A DNA stretch of 64,000 nucleotides from Squalus acanthias (lineage: Eukaryota): positions 18,168,001 to 18,232,000 of the forward strand of contig CM059432.1 in the NCBI GenBank assembly GCA_030390025.1. Reading direction: 5' to 3'. The first letter of the stretch is position 1; the number at the start of each line of letters is the position of its first letter. Below the pieces are notes generated by a model, which had not been told where the DNA came from, did not search any database, and saw only the letters and a list, made by a program, of their open reading frames with translations. The position numbers and the translations under genes are program-made. Of the stretch, positions 1 through 11,580 are shown piece after piece.

Positions 1-201
1 GGGAGCTAAGGGAGCGCGATTTAAAGACGTGAACTTGCAGCTTTTTTCTGTCAGCAAACAATGCTGCCTTGTCACTTTGACAGAAGCAGACAAGCGTTTT
101 GACCCATTTGAGATTTTCCTGCTTGAAGGAGTTTTGCTCCTGACAAAAATTTATCAGGTTCATTTGTCTTACTTTTGATACTGCAACATTTCCAACACTG
201 A

Positions 202-1363
202 ATGGGGGCTGTACTGGCACTGGACCTCATCCTCCAGCGTCACCGTCAGAGGCAGCGGAGGCGGAGAGAGAGAGTGGAAAACGTGGCCAGAGGGAGGAGG
301 GCCAACAGGGCTCTCAACAGGAGGCCTTCCCCTCCCAGGGTATTCCGGGAGCACTTCTCCTACATTCATCTCTCAGAGGAGCAGTGCCTTAGAAGGCTCC
401 GCTTCATCAAGGAGGTGGTCACAGAGCTCTGCCACCTCCTGCAATCAGAGCTCCAGCCTCAGCTCAGGACCAGAACGTCTCTCTCAGTGGCAGTGAAGGT
501 CACAGTCGCTTTCAAATTCTACGCCAGCGGCTCCTACCAAGCTTCAACAGGGGATATTGCAAACATTTCACAGTTCACCATCCATTGCTGCATCCGGGAG
601 GTGACAGATGCACTGTACAGAAGGAGAAGGGAGTACATCTCATTCCCCATGACCAGAGACAAACAGCATGAACGTTTATGTGGCTTTGCCAGGATAACAG
701 GCTTCCCCATGGTTTAGGGCGCCATTGATTGCACCCACGTGGCATTGCGGGCACCTCCTCACAATGCAGAGGTGCTCCGCAACCGCAAAGGCTACCACTC
801 TCTGAGCGTTCAGTTGGTGTGCGACCACAGACAGCGCATCCTCGCCGTCAATGCCCGCTATCCTGGCAGCAGCCACGATGCATTCATCCTGCAACAGTCC
901 CATCACTGTTCCACCCACCACATGAAGCTCGCGGCTGGCTGCTCGGAGCGAAGGGTTATCCACTCGCCACCTGGCTGATGACACCCCTCCGCAACCCCAA
1001 CATTCCTGCTCAGCACGCAATGACAGCCATACCGCCACCAGGAACCAGATCGAACAGACTATCGGGGTGCTGAATCAACGGTTCCGCTGCTTTGACCGCT
1101 CTGGAGGAGCCCTGCAGTACTCCCCTGATTGAGTCTCCCTTTTCATTGTTGTGTGCTGCATGCTGCACAACCTGGCCATTCTGAGGGCTCAGCCACCAGG
1201 GATTGCAGGTCCACCTCAGGAGGAGGAAGAGGGAGAGGAGGAGGACAAGGTGAAAGAGGAGGATGAAGAGGAGGGGGAACAGCACCAACGTAGGAAGGAG
1301 CCACTCAATGTTGCTTCTGCAAGGGCCGTTCGTGATCGCCTTATTACACAGTGCTTCCAATAA
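202..1363 (+). pseudogene. Harbinger (HARBI1-like) DDE transposase, disrupted
   Basis: Motifs GAIDCTHV (after an in-frame TAG at 715-717), NRKGYHSL..Q.VCD, PGSSHDAFIL, KGYPL..WLMTP, CCMLHNL and an acidic tail, spread over several frames. Confidence 0.92.
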
Positions 1364-1661
1364 ATGAGACAGCACATGGCCTTTGCGCAGAACAACCACA
1401 TCATTATAGCCAGCTCGCAGCGCCTATCACCGGGCAAAGGTCAAATGAGAAACATCACAAAATTTACTAGGTCGAAATAAACATTTATTATTCTGCACAA
1501 CTCTCTCATCAAACACAACCAATAATAAACAAACAACAATTTATCAACAAACACAACTGGTTCTTTGCAAATGGAACTATTTTTTACCAAATTGAACAAT
1601 ATATTTACAAACACATCAATTTTTGTACACACACTCCCCCCATTTGCTATTAACATTTTAT

Positions 1662-3251
1662 TTACTGGGCCTTCCTCAATGATTTCCCTCCCCTTTGCAA
1701 TTCCCCCGTCCCAATCTTACTGCTCCTCCGTAATGTGGCCCCAGTGGCTGCAGCAAGGCTGGTGGACGGCTGCTGAGTCTGGGAGCCAGAGACTGCAGAT
1801 GGCCTTGCAGGACGCCCTCGACCAGCTCTGGGCCTGGAAGGCCCGGCTGCAGACTGCACCAACTCAGCATGGGCGGCAGCAGTCTGGGCTGGCTGGGTTA
1901 CAGGCTGCGACAAGTGCAATAGCGGAGTGGCAGTGGTGGGAGCAGGAATGCTGTCATCCTGAGGAAGGGGCGATCGATAGCTCCGAAAGCTTGTGATTTC
2001 AAATAAAACTGTTGGACTATAACCTGGTGTTGTGCGACCTCTCAATTTTGTCCTGAGAGAGGACAGCACCTTCCCACTCGACCGACACACTGCCACTCCC
2101 CCGGGGCAGAACCTCAGCATCCGGAGCAATCTGCTCGAGCACAGATTGCTGGCCTGCTGCGGCACCGTCAGATCCCCGTTGGCAGTGGTCAACCCAGCGA
2201 CGATGGCAGCAGTCAGCGCTTGCGTGGCATCAATCTGAGACTGCATCAGAGCAGTCTGAGATTGGATGTCAGCAACCACTGACTTCATTACAGCACTAAG
2301 CCATTGCGTTGCCTTGGCCTGTGCTGCAATAGCTGCTGCCACCTTAGCTATGGCATGCGGCATGAGGTCTGGGTCCCCACGGTCTCTCTGCGAGTCGACC
2401 ATCCTCTGCAAATGGCCAAGAATGGGCTCGAAGGTTTGCACAGAGATGAGTGCAATGTTGGAGGCAGACTCCTCCACGCTCCTAGCCAGTGCATCCATGC
2501 TCTCGGGCACCCTTGCCATTGCACCCATGAGCTCAGTATGCATGCTCATCACCTGTGTGGTCATCACCTCGACATCGAGGTCCTCATCTGAGTCCTGTGC
2601 CGCAGAACGCGTGTGTGCACTCACCCTCCGGGGAGATGGCCCCCAAGGGGGTCGACCTCTCCGACTGGCACTGCGCCCACGACCTGGGCCGCGATGATGC
2701 TGCGCACTCGCTCCTCCAGCTGTGTAAGGGGGTGCAGCTCCGCCTGACCTCCCGTGCATTGCTGCTCCCTCCTGTTATGAGCAAGCTTGGCCTGCAAGAA
2801 AAAGGACTGCGTGTGAGTGAGTGTGCAGCTATGTGCCTACGATAGTTGAATAGCTGTTAATGTATGCAAGGTGTGAGATGTGGATGTGACTTTTAGTAGG
2901 TGGGCATAGTTGGTGGGTGAGTGTTGGGGATGTGGTGGTTTATACAGTGTGTGCACAGCGTGAGGTTGAGATGGTGGCATGTAGAGGTTTTTGAAGCATC
3001 TACTCACCCTGACCACCCGAGTGAGGTTGTTGAATTTCTTGCGGCAATGGGTGGGAGTCCTGTGGACCACACTTCTGGCCGAGACGTACTGGGCCACCTC
3101 CCTCCACATCCTTCTGAACTCCTGCGGCAATGGCCTCCTGCCAGTGTCTGGGAACAGCACTGCCTGTCGGCGTTCCACAGCCACAACCAGAGCTCCAATG
3201 CCTGGTTGTTGAACCGGCGAGCTCTCTCTCTCTGGGCCTCTGATCAGCCAT
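1662..3251 (-). pseudogene. Harbinger accessory Myb/SANT-like DNA-binding gene, copy 1
   Basis: Exon 1 (3251-3008) encodes WREVA...CRKKFNNLTRVVR, with a GTGAGT donor. Exon 2 starts at 2791 after TTCTTGCAG. C-terminus is homologous to ORFs 15036-15956 and 60837-61964. Carries frameshifts, an internal deletion and an insertion. Confidence 0.85.
1957..2057 (+). mobile_element. Tiny Penelope-type 3'-end insertion inside the Myb-like gene
   Basis: 94-bp interruption relative to the paralog at ~61665, bounded by TCCTGAG (1957-1963 and 2051-2057). Contains CTGAGGA-stem-GAAAGCTT followed by AATAAA...CTGTTGGACTATAACCTGGTGTTGTG. Confidence 0.65.
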
Positions 3252-4169
3252 GAGATTTATGGTTGATGGAAAGCAGCTCCTTGCAGGCCCAGGTCACAAG
3301 CAGCAATGATCAGGGTGAGGCTGTGCAGCATAATTGAACCTCCCCTTTAAGAAGTGGAAGGTGCCAGTCTGTCTGAGTACTTGTAATTGACAGTGCCTGA
3401 GCTTCAGTCGCGCTCTGCGGTAAAGCTTCGCTCCCCGACGTTAGCGTCCTAAGAGAAGTGTGTAGCGCTTGATTTAGCACTCCACTTCCCTCTTGGGGCG
3501 CTAAAACTGAATTTTGCGATCGCTAAAGTTTGCGCCCGGGCTATGTTAGCGCCCCAAAATAGTCGATACCGAATTGTTCCCCCTTCGTGTTTAACAGCAT
3601 CAAAAAATGACTTTTTGAGCTTTATCTGAGATATTTTTCCTGTCAAAGTTGATGTAGCTAACTATTTTCAAGGGGCTGCCAATGATCCCCTCCAACAGTC
3701 AGCACCCTCTTACAGCAGCATGATTTCTGACTCACTACGATCTATGCCATGAGAGATCTGCTACTATTTATATAATACCTTGTCACTTCAAACCATTTCA
3801 AAGTGCTTCACATATAATTGACGTGCAGTGACTGCGGTACATCTTTGTGACAGGTGGACATTTGCCACGCTGAAGATGTATTCTGATCTGCTTGAGAGCA
3901 TCTGGAGAATCGTGCTTGGCTAGGTATACAAGGGAGGGGCCAAGCAAGTCAATTCAGAAGTAAACATCTTGTGGATTTTGTTTATACGTATATACGCTTG
4001 CTTGACATCACTTTTGAGTTCGAGACATATATTTAAATTTGTTTTGTCCCGGTCATTTTTTGAAAAATATTTCTTCGCCTATTTTGTTGAAATTGAGTAG
4101 TCTGTCTGAAGCCAGACAGATAAGGCAGAGTGACTCTGTAGAGCATCAGCAGCAAACTGCCATACCAAG

Positions 4170-4600
4170 ATGTGCAGTTGGTAGCACTCTTGCCTCTGAG
4201 TCAGACAGTTTTGGGTTCAAGTCCCACCCTATAGACTGGAGCACAAACATCTAGGCTGACACTCCAGTGCTGCACTGTCAGAGATGGTGTCTTTTGGATG
4301 ACTTGTTAAACTGAGGCCCCGTCTGCTTTCTCAGGTGGACGTAAAAGACTATTTTGAAGAAGAGCACGGGGAGTTATCCCCGGTGTCCTGGCAACTACTG
4401 ATCCCTCAATCAACATCACTAAAACAGATGATCTGGTCATTATCACATTGCTGTTTGTGGGATAAATTGTGCATAAATTGGCTGCCACGTTCCTACGTTA
4501 CAACAGTGACTACACTTCAAAAGTACTTCATTGTCCGTAAAGCACTTTGGGACGTCCTGTGGTCGTGAAAGGCGCTATAGAAATGCAGGTCTTTCTTTTT
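4170..4600 (+). mobile_element. tRNA-derived Deu-domain SINE (SacSINE1/AmnSINE1-like)
   Basis: Head has a B box (GGTTCAAGTCCC). Central CTCTCAGGTGGACGTAAAAGA...ATCACATTGCTGTTTGTGGGA-like block. L2-type tail AAAGGCGCTATAGAAATGCA. Recognised from memory of the family. Confidence 0.75.
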
Positions 4601-5747
4601 TCTTTTTCAAGGTTAATAATCAGGAACCTAGGCCTTGATTTTCACCTCCCTCCCCCACAATGAGCTGGGGTTGGGGGCGGTGGGGGGAGGGGGGGGGGGG
4701 TGCGTTGCATTAAAATATCAGGATCGGGCAACCCAATCCCAACCCAACCCCATTCCTGCCCCTTTAAACTTTAAAATGCAAGAATCAGGCCATGTTAGAC
4801 ACGGAGGGATAGTTAAGCCTGTTACCATTGTAAGTCTACAGTGTTTAATTGTTTGTGTTCACGTATCAGTTTAATAACTATGTTTTGCAGTTAATAGCCT
4901 AAGCCAAAGTCTAGTGAAGTGTTTATTTACTGTTTCTGAAGTTGAGGAAAATCATATGATGGCATGCAATATAATCAGCAGCCAAAATGCAGGAATTAGG
5001 GTTTTCTGTTCGATCCGTATGCTTACTCCTAGTTACCTAGGTTTTAGGCAGATAAAAGCACACTCTAGGGCACAGGGAATGAGAGCTCGCCGATGTGGGT
5101 GGTCTGAGACTCTGAATCTGAGAAAAATATCTTGTTTAAAAAACCAAAACTGCAACAGTCACTTTCTTTCTTCTCTGCATTGGTTCGCCTCAGTACTGAT
5201 GCTGTGGTTTCATTATGTACTGTTCCTTCATCAGGGCGTTTCCTGGGGTATTGTCCAATTCTTGAAACCGTGGTGCGATATTGGAGAGTCGGTAACACAG
5301 CGGGCTGCCTCTGAGCTGTTCTCCGCAGGCTTTTGCTTGTTCATGAAGGAGCAGTGTAATGTTTCTTGGCAAGGATGGTGTTGAAATTACCAGTGCAGAA
5401 CGGGAATCCATGCAACATGTTCTCTGGTTAATTGAAAGTACAGAAGGCTTATAACCTCTCTGAGAATTCTGAAGCTTCTCCTGATGAACGTTTTAAGTGG
5501 CCAATATTCCTTCTAGGGCTCAATAATTCCCTTGACCTTTTCATTCTATTCATGATTGAAAAGTATTTAAATTGTCTCTTGCTGTTCAAGTTGGGTGAAT
5601 AGAAAGTGCGTTCAAAACTTCACTGATATACCATTCGGGTTTTGACTATGGAAAACCAATTTGCAGCTTGTCTCAATGGAAAAAGTGTTACTTATTAGCC
5701 CCATCTTCAAAGAAATGACAGATTATGTTTGGAGTTTAATGTCTGTA

Positions 5748-6671
5748 GGGGGAAAAATTAAGCTGCGCCCCCTTTGGGGCACTAACTTTGCCGGGGCGCT
5801 ACTTTCCCGAAAAAAGTAGCGCCCCCGCGGCCAAAATTCATCAGTAGCGCCCCAAGAGGGAAGTTGGGTGCTACTAGAAGTGGTGAACCTGTGGAATTCT
5901 CTACCACAGAAGGCAGTTGAGGCCAACTCATTAAATATATTCACGAAGGAGTTAGATATATTTCTTAAGGCTAAAGGGATCAAGGGATATGGGAAAAAAG
6001 CAGGGTCAGGGTTCTGAATTTGGATGATCAGCCATGATCTCATTGAATGGCGAAGCAGGCTCAAGGGGCCGAATGGCCTACTCCTGCTCCTATCTTCTAT
6101 GTTTCTATGTTTCTTGGGGCGTTGCGAGGGAATCTCACGGCGCTACGTGCCGCGGTACTGCAGGACTTCCTCCCCTTCTTAAAGGGGAGGGGCCTTGCGC
6201 AGCGCAACCCGGGACCCAGCTGAGCCACCAGGGATCGGCGTGCCGGCAAAAGAGCCCGGCACTCAAGAGAAGTGCCGGGCTCACGGAGCGCAGCTGGCAC
6301 ACCGCGGGGGGGGGGGGGGGGGCTGGTCAGGAGGCCGGGGACGGCAACGGGGGCAGGTGCTGGCAGGCGGCCAGCAACAAAAATGGCCGCCCGGCACCTT
6401 GCCTTTAATTAGCGCCGCCCTGGCCGCAGGTAGGCCCCCCTGACCCCGTCGGACATAGTATCCGGTGGTAAGTCAGGGGGCGCTACCGAAGATAGCGGCC
6501 GGGGCGCGAGCGGGGCGCTGCGCACGGCGATGACGTCATCGCCGGTGGTGCAGCGCCGCGGGGCGTTAACAGTTACTGCCGCCGCTAACCTCCCGATAAA
6601 TTTCGCGGGAGGCGTTGGTGGCGCTGCGTCCGGGTGCTAACGGGGCGCAAAGCAATTGAATTTTTCCCCCC
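5748..6671 (+). mobile_element. GC-rich Harbinger-type MITE (family A) containing a CR1 3' fragment
   Basis: TIR GGGGGAAAAATT/AATTTTTCCCCC with GTA on both sides. Body matches 31173-31853 (reverse) and 46793-47507. Confidence 0.85.
5878..6112 (+). mobile_element. CR1 LINE extreme 3' fragment nested in the MITE
   Basis: Very similar to 13678-13910 (VVNLWNSLPQKAVEA plus 3' UTR and CTATGTTT tail). Confidence 0.9.
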
Positions 6672-6764
6672 GTAAAGTCTACACGATGTTGGATTATTTT
6701 TCAGAAATGTAGCATTTACATCAATTTTTATTTAGTGATTAATGATTTGCCTAAAATTGATGTA

Positions 6765-7044
6765 CTTGGACGTACATTTGAAGTGCCGTGGACTACAGGG
6801 CTACGGACCAAGAGCTGTAAAGTGGGATTAGGCTTTGTAGCTTTTTTTCAGCCAGCACAGACACGATGGACCGAATGGCCTCCTTCTGCGCTGTAAACTT
6901 CTATGAATCTATAATTTCTATGCCACAGCAAGCAGAGGGCTACGGGGATAGAGCGGGGGAATGGGACTGACTGGATTGCTCTACAGTGAGCCGGCACAGA
7001 CTCGATGGGCCGAATGGCCTCCTTCTGTGCCGTTATGACTCTAT
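6765..7044 (+). mobile_element. Two tandem CR1 3'-tail fragments
   Basis: Each has GGGCTACGG...GGCACAGAC.CGATGG.CCGAATGGCCTCCTTCTG and a short-repeat tail; they match 46685-46790 and 60330-60445. Confidence 0.8.
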
Positions 7045-7886
7045 GGGCTGGATTTTCCAAGCCCCGAGGAGGCGGGCATGGAGGCGGGACAGCCGGTAAA
7101 ATCGGAGAAAGTGGGGGCGGATGGCAAACCCGCCCCCATCCCGCCTCCGTGCCCTTTTGCCAGGAGGCGGGAAGATGTGCAGCTTTGGGTCCCGTCTCCT
7201 GGAGGCGGGAAAGGCATTTAATTCTTTTACCTGCCTGTTAACAGGTAGTTAGCAGGCAGATAAAAGGATTAGTGCCATTTTACCTTCACAGGTGAAGGCT
7301 TCCCGACCTCGGAGAACCCCGCCGGGTTGGAGGAGACGTGGAGGAGGTCTGCGGTGGTCAGGAGGCACCTGGAAGTAAGGTGTAGAGATGAGTGATGGGT
7401 GCAAGTGTGGTAAGTATGTAAGGTGAGTGATAAGTTTAAAAAAGTGTGCACTTACCTTGTTTTCTTTCTACAGCCTTTAGCCGCACTTGATGGGGAGAGC
7501 CGACATTCTCCTTGTCAATTTCACATAATGGCTGTTGGATCCTCCGATTCTACAGACATATGAAATTTACAAAGTTGAAAGGTTTGATGAGTCCTCACCA
7601 CAAAGTCTCATCAAACTACAGAGAATGTCAGTGTTTGACAGCTTCACAGAGCTGTCAAGCGCTGGCATTTCTTCTTTCAAAAAGTCTTGACAGATAGCAC
7701 ATCTGACGTTGACGTGATCTGTCAGTGACTTCCTTCCTAATTGGCCTGCTGAGCCCGCAGGGCGGGCTTAACAGGCTCAATCAGGGGAAAATCCCTCTGA
7801 TTGGTCAGGCGAGGATGGAGGCAGAACATTGACACGACAGGCAGCAGTCCCGCCTCCAACTCGCCTCCATTCACAAAATCCAGCCC
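7045..7886. mobile_element. Harbinger-type MITE (family B)
   Basis: Perfect 12-bp TIR GGGCTGGATTTT/AAAATCCAGCCC; flanks TAT/TTT; interrupts a CR1 tail (TATGACTC repeat). Confidence 0.8.
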
Positions 7887-8419
7887 TTTGACTCTAAGAT
7901 ATCTTTTTATGTCTGGGGCCTGGGTTGAAGCCTAGCCTGGGCTGGTAGAATTAATGTCTCCTTTCCTGCCGGTTGTGAGGAATGTGAGCTACTTCAGGTT
8001 TTGATGTTCATTCCTGAAGTATATTGTCGTAATTAAATTAATCCAATTTGGATTCTCTCGCACAAACTCTGCATGAGGTGGCTTTTATACCAGAATCAAA
8101 GTCATCGAAAATTTGCCTGGATCTGAGGTTGGCAATTTCTAGCTTGGCAGAAGGTTAGTTTGCCAGGCAATACAGATGCTAAACAAGGTGTCATAAGCTT
8201 TGAACAGTCTCATGCTGTACTGATATTGAAACACAAACTTGACAAATAACATCTCGTTATCAGGTTAATGCACACTCTTTGTCAGACTGCCATTCTACAC
8301 CAGCTACTAGAATAAAGCTGGAGGTCTTCAAAAGAGTGTCATCTAAAAACAGATTATAATTTAATCATGTTATGTTCGGGTACCTCTGGTTTTCAAAATG
8401 GTGTGTTCCGTTCCAGATG

Positions 8420-8700
8420 ATAAAATTATTGAAGGGCATTGTCACTGTAGCAAAGTGTTGTGCAAGACTTTTTATTGAATTTGTCTGCACAGAGCAGTGC
8501 AATGACTGATTCGAACAATGCATTGGCATCGTCATGCCTCCTTACAAATGCATTAGTCCTATCCACAATTCTCAATCTCCTGCTGCAGCAGGTATAGTAT
8601 CTGCAGCTGTGCAAACCTTGCTCAACAGTCAACATGGTAGAGCTGCGGCAGGATTTTTAAATTAGGCTCTCCTTGTTGCTGCCTTGCCTCACAACGCAGC
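8420..8700 (-). pseudogene. Very decayed Harbinger transposase fragment
   Basis: Minus-strand peptide RTNAFVRRH..DANAL..V..L aligns loosely with EVTDALYRRRR of the other copies. Weak. Confidence 0.35.
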
Positions 8701-8890
8701 AATACTGCAACATCTCTCCCATCACAAACAGGGCAAGAATTATAGTTCCCAGATTTTTCCCATTTTCAAAACGGCAGCCATTCCGGCATTCACTTAATAA
8801 ACACAAGCAAAATACTGCAGATCTGAAATAAAAACAGAAAATGCTGGAAATGCTCAGCAGGTCAGGCAGCATCTGTGGAGAGAGAAACAG

Positions 8891-8928
8891 AGTTAACGTT
8901 TCAGGTCGATGACCCTTCGTCAGAAACT
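8891..8928 (-). ncRNA. Minimal hammerhead ribozyme motif of the Penelope terminal repeat
   Basis: Minus strand reads AGTTT-CTGACGA-A-GGGTC-ATC-GACCT-GAAA-CGTT-AACT: CUGANGA and GAAA cores, stem II, and a palindromic AACGTT helix III. Confidence 0.65.
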
Positions 8929-9011
8929 GGAAAAAGTTAGAGATGTAACAGGTTTTAAGACAGTCAAGAGGCAGGGAAAGGGGGGAGGGGAGGAAAGATC
9001 AAAAGGGAAGG

Positions 9012-10903
9012 TTTTTTTAATTCGTTTATGGGATGTGGGCGTCGCTGGCAAGGCCAGCATTTATTGTCCATCCCTAATTGCCCTTGAGAAGGTGGTGGTG
9101 AGCCACCTTCTTGAACCGCTGCAGTCCATGTGGTGAAGGTACTCCCACAGTGCTGTTAGGTAGGGAGTTCCAGGATTTTGACCCAGCGACAATGAAGCAT
9201 CGGCCGATATACTTCTAAGTCAGGATGGTGTGTGGCTTGGAGGGGAACTTGGAGGTGGTGGTGTTCCCATGCGCCTGCTGCCCTTGTCCTTCTCAGTGGA
9301 AGAGGTCACGGGTTTGGGAGGTGCTGTCGAAGAAGCCTTGGTGAGTTGCTGCAGCGCATCTTGTAGATGGTGCACACTGCAGCCACGGTACGTCGGTGGT
9401 GGAGGGAGTGAATGTTTAAGGTGGTGGATGGGGGGCCAATCAAGCGGGCTGCTTTGTCCTGGATGGTGTCGAGCTTCTTGAATGTTTTTGGAGCTGCACT
9501 CCTCCTGGCAAGTGGAGAGTATTCCATCACACTCCTTACTTGTGCCTTGTAGATGGTGGAAAGGCTTTGGGGAGTCAGGAGGTGAGACACTAGCCACAGA
9601 ATACCTAGCCTCTGACCTGCTCTTGTTGCCACAGTATTTATGTGGCTGGTCCAGTTAAGTTCCTGGTTAATGGTGACCCCCAGGATGTTGATAGTGGGGG
9701 ATTCGGCGATGGTAATGCCATTGAATGTCAAGGGGAGGTGGTTAGACTCTCACTTGTTGGAGATAGTTATTGCCTGGCACTTCTGTGGTGCGAATGTTAC
9801 CTGCCACTTATCAGCCCAAGCCTGAACGTCGTCCAGGTCTTGTTGTATGCGGGCATGGACTGCTTCATTATCTGAGGAGTTGTGAATGGCGCTGAACACT
9901 GTGCAGTCATCAGCAAACATCCCCATTTCTGACCTTATGTTGGAGGGAAGGTCATTGATGAAGCAGCGGAAGATGGTTGGGCCCAGGACACTGCCCTGAG
10001 GAACTCCTGCAGCGATATCCTGGGGCTGTGATGATTGACCTTCAACCACCACAACCATCCTCCTTTGTGCTAGTTATGACTCCAGCCAGTGGAATGTTTT
10101 CCCCCTGATTCCCATTGACTTCAGTTTTACTAGGGCTCCTTGATGCCACACTCGGTCAAAAGCTGCCTTGATGTCAAGGGCAGTCACTCTCACCGCACCT
10201 CTGGAATTCAGCTCCTTTGTCCATGTTTGGACCAAGGCTGTAATGAGGTGGGAAGCCGAGTGGTCTTGGCGGAACCCAAACTGGGTATCAGTGAGCAAGT
10301 TATTGGTAAGTAAGTGCCACTTGATAGCACTGTCGATGACACCTTCCATCACTTTGCTGATGATTGAGAGTAGACTGATGGGGCAGTAATTGGCCGGGTT
10401 GGATTTGTCCTGCTTTTTGTGGACAGGACATACCCGGGCAGTTTTCCACATTGTCGGATAGATGCCAGTGTTGTAGCTGTACTGGAACAGCTTGGCTAGT
10501 TCTGGAGCACAAGTCTTCAGCACGATAGACGGGATGTTGTCGGGGCCCATAGCCTTTGCTGTATCCAGTGCGCTCAGCCGTTTCTTGATATCACGTGGAG
10601 TGAATCGAATTGGCTGAAGACTGGCTTCTGTGATGGTGGGGACCTCGGGAGTAGGCTGATATGGATCATCCACTCGGCACTTCTGGCTGAAGATGGTTGC
10701 AAACGTTTCAGCCTTGTCTTTTGCACTCATGTGCTGGGCTCCACCATCATTGAGGATGGGGATATTCTTGGAGCCTCCTCCTCCCGTTAGTTGTTTAATG
10801 GTCCACCACCATTCATGACTGGATGTGGCAGGACTGCAGAGCTTTGATCTGATCCGTTGATTGTGGGATCGCTTAGCCCTGTCTATAGCATGCTGCTTCC
10901 GCT
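9012..10903 (-). mobile_element. 5'-truncated copy of the tRNA-headed EN-RT LINE family (CR1/L2 group)
   Basis: RT motifs QFGFR, LDIKAAFDRVWH, GVPQGSVLGP and FADD in ORFs 10074-10730, 9750-10058 and 9306-9731. Poly-A end at ~9012. Colinear with 39001-40890 and 51830-53694. Confidence 0.92.
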
Positions 10904-11580
10904 GTGATAGGATGGAAGGCAGGAGGGATTAAATGACAAAAGGGATGATGGTGTAAGGCAAAAGGGGGTGATAATGGGACAAGATGGGTTTAGAGGAGGT
11001 GTAAATGGTGTAAATCATTAACAACGGCTGCTGTCTGACAAAATGGGGGCAAAGGTTATGATCTGAAATTGTTGAACTCGATGTTGAGTCTGGAACGCTG
11101 TAAATGCCTAATTGAAAGATGAAGTGCTGTTCCTCGAGCTTCTATTCATTTACCTTGCTAAATGTTATGTGAGTTGAGGTTTGTAATTCCCAAATTATAA
11201 CTGTTTTCAAAATAGCAGACATGGATCCATCCCTGTCTCTGAGCGCTGAACAGTGCCATCTTGTGCAGTAATTAGGACATTTCTGACGTCGGCTAGGTTC
11301 AAGGAAAACTGAACACCTTGTTCTGCATTTATATGTCTCTGCAAAGAGGATTTACAGCCAACTGGCAGAGCACATGTGCATCTCATGGATCTGTTATTCA
11401 TCTATTTTAATTTACCAGGGACAATACCTTTTGGGCTAGAAATTCATTATAGCCCAGGAATGGGCGGTATCAGTAGAAAATTTGGTGAATTAACGCCAGG
11501 CGCTAATGCTTTTGACTGCACGCAAAATTCGTGCTCATTGCTCAAAAAAATGATTGGAGTCATAATTCAAGTCTTAAATT

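Larger units (their letters stand above)
1..3583 (+). mobile_element. PIF/Harbinger DNA transposon copy 1 (decayed; left end outside the window)
   Basis: Transposase on + converges with a Myb/SANT-like gene on -. Right terminus GAATTGTTCCCCC at 3571-3583 is homologous to the termini at 28140 and 58125. Subterminal GGGGCGCTA/TAGCGCCCC motifs present. Confidence 0.9.
8786..11142 (-). mobile_element. Penelope-like element 3' fragment (8786-9011 and ~10902-11142), split by a LINE
   Basis: Reverse complement of 20695-21094 (KLEEQH.IF.LG..Q...LN.EFNNFR C-terminus and 3' terminal region). Confidence 0.8.

Noticed and set aside
202..1363. Domesticated host gene HARBI1
   Set aside because: Multiple stops and frameshifts, three similar copies in the window, TIRs and a linked Myb-like gene indicate transposon copies.
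5748..6671. CpG-island promoter or GC-rich coding ORFs (also 31173-31853 and 46793-47507)
   Set aside because: Repeated three times with TIRs; the ORFs are by-products of high GC content and are not conserved in frame.
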